From: a virus | Taxonomy: Duplodnaviria; Caudoviricetes | Length of the DNA: 57,502 bases | IMG/VR virus record: IMGVR_UViG_3300028410_000013 | Location: 1 to 57,502 of that record | Reading direction: 5' to 3' (one strand) | Shown here: in pieces, positions 46,478 through 56,600 of the stretch | How positions within the stretch are numbered: position 1 is the stretch's first letter | Layout of the letters: the number at the start of each line of letters is the position of its first letter | Notes under the pieces: generated by a model | What the model was told of the DNA's origin: nothing | What the model saw: the letters and a program-made list of their open reading frames with translations, nothing else | Database searches by the model: none | Made by a program: the position numbers and the translations under genes

Positions 46478-47671
46478 ATGCGTGACTACACTGAGCTAGA
46501 AACCCTCTTATACCGGGGTTTCTTGACATCGGAGGTAGTGGTTGGCGACGTTCCCATCGTGCTCAAGTCGATGAACCATGTCGAGTATGAGTTACTAGAC
46601 CTGCAATCCTTCGGGACCGGGCCGGGTTGGGAAGAAGAGGCAGGCTACACGCTTGCCTATTCTACGGTTTTCTTCAACCACATCAACATCCTCCCGCAGC
46701 GCCACGAGATGGTGCCGACCCTAGCAGAGGCATTTGCGAAGATGCCTCGGTCTGTGCTGGTCTCCCTTTTAATTGTTACGCAGGGCTTAAACCGCAAGAC
46801 GGCAAAGCTCATGGAGTGGGTCCAGCCTTATTCTTACGGACCTGAGTCCCGACAGAATTGGGTCATGCGCCGGGGCCAAAACCTCTGTGACACAAAGACT
46901 ACAGGGTTCTCTGGTACCAGTGATCTGGGTGTCAATATGCACCAAAAGCTCTGGACGTATTTCAACAGCATGGAAGACGAGGAATCGGCCTTCTTAGCGG
47001 ACTACAACCTCGCCAAGTTTATGATAAGCCCGCACAGTAAGGACGTTCAAAAGATGGACCAGAAGGATTCCAAGAAGATGCGTACTCGTGACCAGCGCCG
47101 CAAGGCTATCTATCAGGGTACAGATCCTTCGGTGTTCACAGAGAACGGGCAAATCAAGGTCACAAACGAGACTGCCGAGGAGCTACTGGACCAGATGGAG
47201 CGGTCTGTCAAAGGTGAGAAGGATTACCACGACTTGGTTATTGAAGAGCACCAACGCCGTGTGCGTCAGGGCTACCAGAAGCAACGAGAAGATGAAGAGA
47301 GACGTAAAGAAGAGGCACGCCAGCGCCAGCGTGAAGATTACCGCCGAGAGCTAGAGCAAGAGCTAGAAGGCTATACGCCGGAAGAGATAGAGCACTACTT
47401 AAAGGTAGCAGACAACCGGAGCTTTGAGCGCCGCCAAGACATGGTTCAAAAACCAACGGTATCGGTGGAAGAACAAGAGCGCAATCTGCTCCGGTGGGGC
47501 TTCTTGGAGGAACAAGATTTGCCCGCCGAACGACGCCACTACTACAAGGAAGCTGCTCAAAAGTCGTCGGACAATGAGAATCCATTGATAAAAGAACATT
47601 ATGAGAGGGTGAGCAATGACCTCAACACCATGAAACCGCCACGGCGGGGTGTTGAAGACGACACAGAGTGA
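46478..47671 (+). CDS. Putative tail assembly chaperone 2
   Basis: Directly before tape measure; coiled-coil C-terminus. Confidence 0.5.
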   Translation: MRDYTELETLLYRGFLTSEVVVGDVPIVLKSMNHVEYELLDLQSFGTGPGWEEEAGYTLAYSTVFFNHINILPQRHEMVPTLAEAFAKMPRSVLVSLLIVTQGLNRKTAKLMEWVQPYSYGPESRQNWVMRRGQNLCDTKTTGFSGTSDLGVNMHQKLWTYFNSMEDEESAFLADYNLAKFMISPHSKDVQKMDQKDSKKMRTRDQRRKAIYQGTDPSVFTENGQIKVTNETAEELLDQMERSVKGEKDYHDLVIEEHQRRVRQGYQKQREDEERRKEEARQRQREDYRRELEQELEGYTPEEIEHYLKVADNRSFERRQDMVQKPTVSVEEQERNLLRWGFLEEQDLPAERRHYYKEAAQKSSDNENPLIKEHYERVSNDLNTMKPPRRGVEDDTE

Positions 47672-47676
47672 CCTAG

Positions 47677-50600
47677 ATGGCTGATGATCTGACAAAACTG
47701 GTCTTTGAGATTGAGCAGCGTGGTGCTGCCGATGTTGAATCACGCTTTCGCAATATCGAAGGCTCGCTGGCGGGGGCACTTAAGCAGTACCAGAAAATGT
47801 CTTCCGAGGCCGACGGGTCTACGAAGAAGATGTTTACCAATGCGGGTGCTATTAAAGAGCAGTTGACTACTCTGGAAAAAGGTATTGTGTCCGCAGGGAA
47901 AGCTTACGGGGGCATGTTCTCCGGTGGGAAGATTAGGAAGCAGGAGCAACGGCTTAGGGGTCTTCAGAAAGAGTACGACAAGATCAACCAGACAATGACT
48001 GCGGGTGACGAGCAGCAAAAGAAAGCTGCGCAGTCACGTATGACAGACCTTAAAAAAGCTATCGACTTTGAGGCCGCGCAGACCACGAAGGTCTTCCAGA
48101 AGCACAAGCAAGAGTTCGATAAAATTGTTGCTTCTGAAAAGAAGACCATCGGTGACCTGACCAAAGAAGGGCTGGGCGGTGTTCGGGGTCTCGTTGGTGA
48201 TGTTGCAGGGGGAGATTTCAAGAGTGTTGGTCAGCGGTTGGGTGGGGGGGTAAGCGAGTTAGGCCAACAGGTAGGCAAGCGCGGCTCCGATATGGAGATG
48301 GCGGGCGGCAATGCTAAGATGGCTAAGTTGCTCAAGACATTTGCTAAAGTGGCTATCCCAATAGCCGCTATCGTAGGACCTTTGGGAGCCTTGGTAGCGG
48401 CCTTTGTAGCTCTCGACGGCAAAGTCACTGAAACGAACAAGTCGATGCTGGCCAATATCTCACTGGTGGAGATGGCGGGAACCCAATACACAAATACGAA
48501 AGATCAGATAGCAGATGCTGAGGAGGCTATGGCCCAATTCAGGGACACCGCTATGACGGACATGAATCTCCGTATGTTGGGCCTTGATGAGAAAGAGATG
48601 GGCCAGATTCTAGCTACAATGAATGAGCAGGGAATGCTCTTGGGGGATCTCAGAGAGCAGGGGGTAGGTTACTCTGAGGCATTAGAGGTAGCGCAGGTAG
48701 CAGCCCTGAACCTTGGCGTTGATGCCAGCGAAACCGCAGGACTTATTGGAACACTGGCAGACGTAACGTCGCAGTCTTTTGACGAAGCAGCCGCATCCCT
48801 CTCCCAGATTGTTTCCTTTGCACAGGAGGCGGGAATCAACACTAAGAAGTTCTTCTCGGTAGTTCAAAATGTGGTCGGAGAGATGGGCCTCTACAACTAC
48901 AGGGTCACGGAAACAGCGGCTCTTTTTAGCAAGCTGTCGAACATCATGGACGCCAAGAGTGCCGAAGAGTTTACCACGCAGCTAGGGAGTGCTGTTAAAG
49001 ATATGAGCGCCTTGGAGCGAACGTCCTTGGTTGTGGTAAACGGTCTGGGCATGGTCGCAGAGATGGCGGACAAGACGCAGCGTAGAATGGAACAGAGCCT
49101 TGACCCAGAGAAGATGATGTCGGCCTTTGAGAAGGTTGGAATGGCCGAACTGTTTGAGAAAGGGGATATCAACGAGGCTATGAAAAGCATGACTCGGACC
49201 CAGCGAAATGCCTTACAGTCCGCCATATCTGATGTAGATCAAGCCACGGGAGAAGAGTTCCGAAAGTACCGCAATGTCCTAGAGGCGAATCGGAATGATG
49301 TTATGGCGATGTCGGGCGTATTAGCTGATTTCGCTCTAGGGGACCAGATCAAGCTACAGGTAGGCGACCTTGAGAAAAAGCTGGGAATGCCTCTAGAGAA
49401 CATGAACTCGGTTTTAGCAGAGAGTCAAGGTGTGTCCGAATCCCAGCTTAGGATGCTTAAAGCCATGAAGTCGGACCTGTCGGGTGACCTAGAGCGCCTT
49501 AGGATGGTCGATGAGGAAAAGTTTGACGAGTTGGCCGAGCAAATGGGCTACAACGTCGACCGGGCAGACGTTATGAATGGTAAGATGGATGCGTTTGACT
49601 TGATGAGTACGATGACAGAAAAGAAGCAAAGCGAACTCATCGATGAGCAGAAAGACCAGAAGACACTGGCGGAAAAGTCCGCGGAAATGCAGCGGTCGAT
49701 GCTAGACACAATGAAGTACAAACTGATGGATCTCGTGTCTGGCATTTACAAAGCTATTCTCGACATCCACTCTGCTATCATGAAGTGGGGTTTCGAGGAG
49801 GAAGACGTTGGAGGCGAACTTAGGCGAGAGGCCCTTAATAGGGAATTTGACCTGAGAAGAGAAAGCCGGAAGGTTGCACAGATGCAACCCGGTGATGCCA
49901 AAGTAAGGGCCGAAGCAGAACTTGAAAGAAAGAGGAATGATATAGCAGCGCAACAAAAGAGAATCCAAGCTACTGAGGGGATGGATGCGGTAACTATTGG
50001 AGGCCGAAATCGGGACCGTAGAAAGACGGTTGAAATGATGGGACAGTACGGGGTTACTTCCATCACTGATTTGGAACGATTGGTTCAGGCTAGGAATAAG
50101 AGGCGGGGCACTCTTCGTGATACGGTAGGCAAGGACTTGGCAAGCAGAGGTGCTAAACCTTATGTTGTTAATGGCAAAGCGACCGTTTTGACTCCCGAGC
50201 AAGCGGCAGAAAGGCGGAAGACTGCTGCGAGCGTGTATGAGCCTACGGGTCCGAGTGGTCACCGTACAATGCAGCAGTATATCGCGTCAAAGGCCGAACG
50301 GCTTATGGGGGCAGAGGAGGCGGGTTCGGCGCAGGCCAGTAAGGATATAGAGTCGGCACTAAAGGACGGCTCTGTCACAGACAAAGAGATAAAAAAGCTG
50401 CAACAGGATCAGATTAACTTATTCGAGTCTAAAGGGATTAAGCTGGCCCCTGATGTGGCGGGTAGCTTGGCCAAAGCCATTGTTGATGAACAGCTTAAAG
50501 CCCAGATTCGTAAAGACGTATTGAAGGCCGGTTTCAGTAGGGGACAAGCGGCCCAGCTTACGGACCTCCTTATGTCGGGCGATTCTGCGGGCCTTGAGGA

Positions 50601-50940
50601 ATTTGGTGCAGGTCTAGGAAAAGGACAAAAGGGCCAAGCCAAAAACCTGATGAGTAAGTACGTTCCTACAGTAGCAAAAGATGCCAAGATTATGACAAGT
50701 GGTGTCCCCATGCTGGACCTCCAAGCTGGTGATATTATTGTTGACCAAGAGTCTCTGGCCTCTACCTTGGCTGGGGGTAAGGGAGACTATGTACCGGAGT
50801 TGGTGCGCAAAGCGGGGGGTCGGGGTGGCGGCGGCGGTCTAAATGCCACCTTCAACATCTACGGGGGGAACACGTCTGAGATACGACAGACCATCCTAAA
50901 AGTGCTACAGGAATGGGAGCGCAAGAGGAGTATGAGCTAA
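47677..50940 (+). CDS. Tape measure protein
   Basis: 1087 aa, helical, Ala/Gly/Met-rich, hydrophobic segment, C-terminal ATFNIYGG motif; precedes baseplate genes. Confidence 0.85.
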   Translation: MADDLTKLVFEIEQRGAADVESRFRNIEGSLAGALKQYQKMSSEADGSTKKMFTNAGAIKEQLTTLEKGIVSAGKAYGGMFSGGKIRKQEQRLRGLQKEYDKINQTMTAGDEQQKKAAQSRMTDLKKAIDFEAAQTTKVFQKHKQEFDKIVASEKKTIGDLTKEGLGGVRGLVGDVAGGDFKSVGQRLGGGVSELGQQVGKRGSDMEMAGGNAKMAKLLKTFAKVAIPIAAIVGPLGALVAAFVALDGKVTETNKSMLANISLVEMAGTQYTNTKDQIADAEEAMAQFRDTAMTDMNLRMLGLDEKEMGQILATMNEQGMLLGDLREQGVGYSEALEVAQVAALNLGVDASETAGLIGTLADVTSQSFDEAAASLSQIVSFAQEAGINTKKFFSVVQNVVGEMGLYNYRVTETAALFSKLSNIMDAKSAEEFTTQLGSAVKDMSALERTSLVVVNGLGMVAEMADKTQRRMEQSLDPEKMMSAFEKVGMAELFEKGDINEAMKSMTRTQRNALQSAISDVDQATGEEFRKYRNVLEANRNDVMAMSGVLADFALGDQIKLQVGDLEKKLGMPLENMNSVLAESQGVSESQLRMLKAMKSDLSGDLERLRMVDEEKFDELAEQMGYNVDRADVMNGKMDAFDLMSTMTEKKQSELIDEQKDQKTLAEKSAEMQRSMLDTMKYKLMDLVSGIYKAILDIHSAIMKWGFEEEDVGGELRREALNREFDLRRESRKVAQMQPGDAKVRAEAELERKRNDIAAQQKRIQATEGMDAVTIGGRNRDRRKTVEMMGQYGVTSITDLERLVQARNKRRGTLRDTVGKDLASRGAKPYVVNGKATVLTPEQAAERRKTAASVYEPTGPSGHRTMQQYIASKAERLMGAEEAGSAQASKDIESALKDGSVTDKEIKKLQQDQINLFESKGIKLAPDVAGSLAKAIVDEQLKAQIRKDVLKAGFSRGQAAQLTDLLMSGDSAGLEEFGAGLGKGQKGQAKNLMSKYVPTVAKDAKIMTSGVPMLDLQAGDIIVDQESLASTLAGGKGDYVPELVRKAGGRGGGGGLNATFNIYGGNTSEIRQTILKVLQEWERKRSMS

Positions 50941-50941
50941 G

Positions 50942-51493
50942 ATGCCTACCGGATTTCCAGTTGCGTCCATACCAAGTGCTTTTTCGGGACCAAATGATGT
51001 CCGGGGCAAAATCCCTGTGCTCTTTCAGGTGCTCTCTTTGAACCACGAGGAGACTCTTTTACCAGAGGCCATGTTCCTCCATGTCAACCCCACTTCCTTG
51101 AGCCTTAATTACTCCAAGCTGGTTGAGAGGTTCCAGACTCGTGGGGGATGGCAAGAGCAACACTTCGGGGATGCGCTCACTACAATCTCCGCTGACGTGA
51201 CATCGGGAGCCTTCATTAATGTGGACACCGGGCTGGCTGTTACGACCCGCAGAGACACCATCGCCTATGAGAAATTCTTGCACCTGCAAGAGATTTTCCA
51301 CAACAACGGTTCGATCTACGACCGTAATGGGAATGTACAGTACCGGGGCCGTATCCGAATAACGTTTGAGGGCGGCATCTACGACGGCTCTTTTCGCAGC
51401 TTGAACATCAACGAATCTGCTTCAAGCCCCTTTCAGTTCACGGCTGACTTTGACTTTACGGTCGAAAAAGAAGTCACGTCATTGCTCATCTGA
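50942..51493 (+). CDS. Baseplate/tube-initiator-like protein
   Basis: HVNPTSL..QTRGGWQEQHFGD...YDGSFRSLNINESASSPFQFTADFDFTV. Confidence 0.65.
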   Translation: MPTGFPVASIPSAFSGPNDVRGKIPVLFQVLSLNHEETLLPEAMFLHVNPTSLSLNYSKLVERFQTRGGWQEQHFGDALTTISADVTSGAFINVDTGLAVTTRRDTIAYEKFLHLQEIFHNNGSIYDRNGNVQYRGRIRITFEGGIYDGSFRSLNINESASSPFQFTADFDFTVEKEVTSLLI

Positions 51494-51503
51494 GGTATAG
51501 TCT

Positions 51504-52742
51504 GTGGCTGATGACGAATTCCAAGAAGTGCTTGGTACGTTCCTAGACGATGATACGGTACGACCCGACCTAACTCCAAGGCTCAACAAAACGTTCCGTA
51601 AGGCCCGTTCCGTGGTAGGGGAGTATGCTACCCTAGTTAACGGGCGGGGATACGAATTTCGGGCCTTCCCGTCACCGGTACAGGCAGTTAGCGGGGCTAA
51701 GAGGCCGCTTATTCCTATGCTCATTTCGGTCATACCCCCAGACAGGTACCCGACCGGAGAGACTGTCCGCCGTAAAATATCCGCCCCCCCACAGAATGAT
51801 ATTGCCTTGACCGCTGTGACCGAACGTTTCAGCCCACAGGCAGGTGGCTCTCGCAACATCAACCGGATACTACCTACCAGCCCCGAGGCGGCTGCTCGAA
51901 TCGAGGAGCTACAGGGGTTACTAGCGTCCGGCAACCTTGACAGTCAGGCCACCACGAACGCCCAGAATGAGATAGACCGCCTCTTAGCCGAATCTCGCTT
52001 CATTGAAGTGGAGGTACCGGTAGGCACTCCCGCTGGCGAGGCACAACAGGTGCGTCGTACAGACAACTACCTAGACCAGTTACAGGATCGCTACCGCCAG
52101 TTCCAGCAAAACTCCCGAGAAGCGAAAGAGAGCATTGATCTCCAGAACACGCGCATCACGGGACCAAACAAGACCGAAGTTAACGACCCCTACTCCCGGT
52201 TACAGAGCATTAAGCGTCAGCGGGAACGGACAGTGAAAGATGACCTTGAATTCTTGCGCCTACAGGCGGAGAATATGTCCTCGCTACCCCCGCTCTTCAT
52301 GTACGTCAACCCGACGACTTTCGCCAAGGGATACGCACATATTGTCTCAGACGGTAACAAGACTAGGGACGGTTACACGGTAGAGCATTGGGGCGAGCAG
52401 TTGCCTACGATAACTGCCACAGGGCAGGTAGGAGCCTTCTATGTCAACAGCGAGGACAGGCTCGGGCGCTCCGCAGGTGGACTGGCGGTGTCTGCCCGTA
52501 AAGGTTCCTTTGCTTACCAGCAATTCTTGTCCCTTTTCCAAGTATACCGCTCTAACGGCTACATCTACAATGCGGGCGGTCGTATTTCGCTGGTAGGATC
52601 TGTGACCATCCTCTACGATAATGTCCTCTACACAGGCTCTTTCAGTTCGATGTCGCTCACCCACTCCGAAGAGAAGCCCTTTACGTTTGACTACAATTTC
52701 AGCTTCACGGTGCGTTTCGAGCAGACCATCAAAGACCTCTGA
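51504..52742 (+). CDS. Baseplate/tube-initiator-like paralog with N-terminal extension
   Basis: C-terminal half paralogous to 50942 ORF (YVNPTT..TRDGYTVEHWGE...YTGSFSS..KPFTFDYNFSFTV). Confidence 0.65.
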   Translation: MADDEFQEVLGTFLDDDTVRPDLTPRLNKTFRKARSVVGEYATLVNGRGYEFRAFPSPVQAVSGAKRPLIPMLISVIPPDRYPTGETVRRKISAPPQNDIALTAVTERFSPQAGGSRNINRILPTSPEAAARIEELQGLLASGNLDSQATTNAQNEIDRLLAESRFIEVEVPVGTPAGEAQQVRRTDNYLDQLQDRYRQFQQNSREAKESIDLQNTRITGPNKTEVNDPYSRLQSIKRQRERTVKDDLEFLRLQAENMSSLPPLFMYVNPTTFAKGYAHIVSDGNKTRDGYTVEHWGEQLPTITATGQVGAFYVNSEDRLGRSAGGLAVSARKGSFAYQQFLSLFQVYRSNGYIYNAGGRISLVGSVTILYDNVLYTGSFSSMSLTHSEEKPFTFDYNFSFTVRFEQTIKDL

Positions 52743-53179
52743 TGCCTCTTATCCTCCGAAATGCGAAACCAGTAGTAGGCGACTATGTGGTGTACTACGA
52801 GATTGATTACTTCGAGGATGGGGATGGCTGGGAGGTGTACCCCTGCTTTGAGGTATTTCTAGCCGAGTTTCGGGGTTTGAATAATCCCCGTATGAATTTC
52901 CTGTGGGGTGGTAAGAAAGATGAAGTCATGTGGGCCGTCATTGAAACGGGAGCATTCTTTTTCTCAGCCATCGAAAAATACAGCCGGATAAGCAGCTACA
53001 AGTATATCGACACTATTCCTCAGGATAGGTTTTTAGGCGTCGTTTGTGGTAAGATAGAGGCCGATGATCCGGGAGTGGTTAAGGACTACCTCAAAAGGGT
53101 GGTACAACACTACCGCCCCTTGTTTGAAGAGGAAATGAAGGACTTGGTATACGACCTTGCGACTGAGGAATTGTTTTGA
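52742..53179 (+). CDS. Hypothetical protein
   Basis: TGATG-coupled ORF. Confidence 0.6.
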   Translation: MPLILRNAKPVVGDYVVYYEIDYFEDGDGWEVYPCFEVFLAEFRGLNNPRMNFLWGGKKDEVMWAVIETGAFFFSAIEKYSRISSYKYIDTIPQDRFLGVVCGKIEADDPGVVKDYLKRVVQHYRPLFEEEMKDLVYDLATEELF

Positions 53180-53631
53180 AATACGCCTTGTACTTAGATG
53201 ATGAGCGCAGTCCCTCGGTGGAAGACCGCCCTTGGGTGATTGTTCGCACATCGGATGCTTTCAAGCAGGTGATCTTGGAGAAGGGTCTACCCTCTTACAT
53301 TTCATTTGACCACGACTTGGGAGAAGGTTCTGAGAATGGGTATGAGTGCCTGAAATGGTTCGGTGATTGGTGCATGGACCACGGGGTTGATATGCGAGGC
53401 ATTGAGATGAATGCGCACACGGCGAATCCTGTGGGACGTGATAATATGGTGGGGTACATCGCCAGCTATGCTCGCTTCCGTACCGACTTCGTAGAAGAGC
53501 TAGTGCCGGAGTACGCCAAGTGTGTCGGAGGCACGCACGGCCCTATGGTGTATTCAGTGGAAAGCACCAACCTATATCGCAAGCCGATGTTCATGTGCAC
53601 GACCTGCGGCTTTGGGTGCTCGGCACGCTAA
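53176..53631 (+). CDS. Cyclic-phosphate-processing receiver-like protein with C-terminal zinc ribbon
   Basis: LYLDDERSP, ISFDHDLG, GYECLKW, HTANPVG. Confidence 0.75.
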   Translation: MKYALYLDDERSPSVEDRPWVIVRTSDAFKQVILEKGLPSYISFDHDLGEGSENGYECLKWFGDWCMDHGVDMRGIEMNAHTANPVGRDNMVGYIASYARFRTDFVEELVPEYAKCVGGTHGPMVYSVESTNLYRKPMFMCTTCGFGCSAR

Positions 53632-53667
53632 TGCGTCTATATCTAGCGGCAGTAACACTGGAGAGTT

Positions 53668-56600
53668 ATGTTTGAAGGGACTTACAAGGCGAACCGACGA
53701 CCCGTAGAAACGACGGCACCGGATTGCCTTGTCTACATCCAAGGCGAACTAAGCCTCCCCTCAGGGGCAAACCCATACCGCCGCATCAACATTCAGCCAC
53801 TCATCAACTCTGTTTCGGTAAACGTAGGACTTGATGGTGGTTCGGCTTCTGCTTCCATTGACCTCCACATACCCCGCCACTACCTAGACGACATTTTTGT
53901 GGGGGGCCAACTCTCTATCACGACCATGATGGAGGTCCAGATATACATGAAGGGCCAGTTCACGGTCGGCGGCGCTGGTCAGTTCTACCCGGTATTCTGG
54001 GGGATCACGACATCTGTGAGCGAGAACTACAGTGCCGGTGAGCACACGGTTTCTATCTCATGCTCGGACATCCTTTACTGGTGGGAGAACCAACAGATAA
54101 ACATCAACCCATCTTGGCTAGGGGCGAGGAAAGACCAAACACAACAGTTCAACCTAGAGGGCAATTACTTCACGAAGAAAAATCCTTACTCCATCATGTA
54201 TACGCTGGCGCGCCGTGTTTACGGTGATTCCATGAACGTGCGAAACATGGGCGTTCCCGGCACCGGGTTCCGTTCAGAGGCTCCAGAGTCTCAAAGACGC
54301 AGGCTCATGGCGTATTGGTCCAGACGGTGGGGTCGTATCGGCCAGTCCCTTCGGATGTTTGGCCCTACGGGACAGGTTCTACAGGGGGATTTGCTACAGT
54401 TTGCAATCGACCCCCGAAAGTTCCGACGTAGTAAAGCAGGCAGTGCCGCTAAGATAGATGGCCGCTTCTACGATGCGTTTCAGCAGGGGGACATTGACTT
54501 CTCACAGGTGTCGCCGTTCGCTCTCGTGTTCTCACAACTCCAGAGCCTTGAACTCTATAACTCTGAGTTCGAGACTCGTCTGGGCATCGCCAACCAAGTC
54601 AAAGAGGCTATCGGTTACGAATTCTTCATGGACGTGACTGGTGAACTCATCTTCAAGCCACCCTTCTACAATCTAGACGTACGACCGAACTTTCCTGTGT
54701 CGTGGATACGGGATATTGATGTCATCTCGTGGGGTTTCGCTGAGAACCCCCCAGACGCCACTTTCATCGAAGCCACCGGCTTTCAGTTTGGGGACCAGCG
54801 GGTAGGACTTGCAGACGAGATTCAGCCTAAGGCTACTTACGTCGATTACCGGCTCGTCCAGAAGTACGGGTGGAAGCCCGGATCGTTCTCCTCAGAGTAC
54901 ATTGGGTCACGGGATTTCGGCGGTTCAAAAGCTCTCTTCTATCACCTTGTGGACATCCTTGATAAGCAGAACGCACGAGTCAACAATGGCACGGCCACGA
55001 TCCCGCTCCGTCCAGAGCTTCGGCTAGGCTACCCTGTGTATGTAGAGGGTAAGGACGCCTATTACTACCTCGAATCCCTCAGTCACACCTTCTCGTACGG
55101 CTCAAGGTGTACCACGCAGGCCACCCTTATGGCCCGCCGCCAGAAGTTCTATGCAGACTTCGGTAGCTGGAACAAAGAGAATCTGGAACCAAAGCCGGGA
55201 GACACCGCAGACCCCGGCCTTATCCCCCAGAACATGTACAAGAGGCCCATTGACCCCACATCAGGCACCCCCGTAGGCGACCGCAATGTTATCCTTGCCT
55301 ATCAGCCTTCCAAAGATTTAGAAGCAGATCACGGGGAGGTGAAAACATTTGATGAGCAAGGGGATAACGATGCGGCGGGTGCTCTCAGGCGGGACCTCGT
55401 AGACTTGCGCTCACAGTTTGGTACCTCCGGCCCTAACAAGTACGTCTTTAAGATTGACCCTAACCGAGACAAACCTTACCGGTCCAATGACACGAACGAA
55501 CGGTCGTCAGGCCCGGTCACCCACATCGAGGACGACCGGCAGAAGGACATCGAGGACGACCGGCCTATTACCGTCAATGCCGTGATCTTGCCTGTCTCAG
55601 ACGAGAGGGGGTATGAGGTTATCGGAGGATATGAGTATGGACGGAGGGTGACGCTTGGGACAGAGGGATTTGTCTACGATAAGGACGAGACAGACATCCG
55701 AGTAGACGGCTTACTTACCATGCAGCCTCAGAATCAGCGGGGAGGTACGACTACTCAGAATCTTAATCCCGACCTGTCTAACCGCGCCGCCACCGCCCAG
55801 AAAGCCAACGTCCAGAAGGATAAGACCTTCTTGATAGACCCCAATAACTATGGGCGACTCTTGACCGAGGTACGTCCCCCGGAAATCACCAGCCACGACT
55901 TGGTGGGCCTTGCCCGTCTGGAAGCTACCGAGTTGGTAAGTAAGCTGCAAAAGCAGCGGCTAGAGGGTGCGACACCCTCGACACCTTCGAGGCCGGATAC
56001 GCCCCCAAGTGAGCAGGGCATCTCCCGCACCTCGACATCCGCACAGTCTATCCGAGGCCGAACCTTCCGTTACAACTCAAACGTAGCGGCGTGGCGTACT
56101 ACGATACGCTCTGTACGCTCAGAGTTTGGCTACTCTGAGGAAACTTACAGTGACGAGACCCTTTTAGCGATTATCCATACAGAGAGTGCTGGCAACGCCA
56201 ACGCCCGTAGAACCAATAAGGATGGGAAACTGTCTCAGTTTGTAGGTCTTTTTCAGATAGGAAAGGACAATGCTTCTGACGAAGGTCGCAAAAACACGGA
56301 CTTCGCCGGGAACGGTGCCCTGTCTATTCAGCACTTCTTGGAGTATCAAGATGCCTACAAAGACAGACATCAAGGTGACCCCCGCAAGCAAGCCATTCTG
56401 TGGAAGGCAGGTCCCGGTGCCCTTGATGCATACAACAGGCAAGAGGCCGCTGGCGCTTCTACACAAGCACTTGAAAACTGGCTGGCCAACTACCCCCCCA
56501 GCAAAGAGAAGAAGTGGGGCGTAGACGAATACGCTTCGAGAGTAAAGGCCGCTGCGCAGGTTTGGACGGACGCCATTACGGGTGATCCAAGCCCTTCCGA

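Noticed and set aside
46440-46480. Programmed G/GT-type frameshift between the two tail chaperones
   Set aside because: No X XXY YYZ slippery heptamer near the end of the first ORF, and the second has its own ATG
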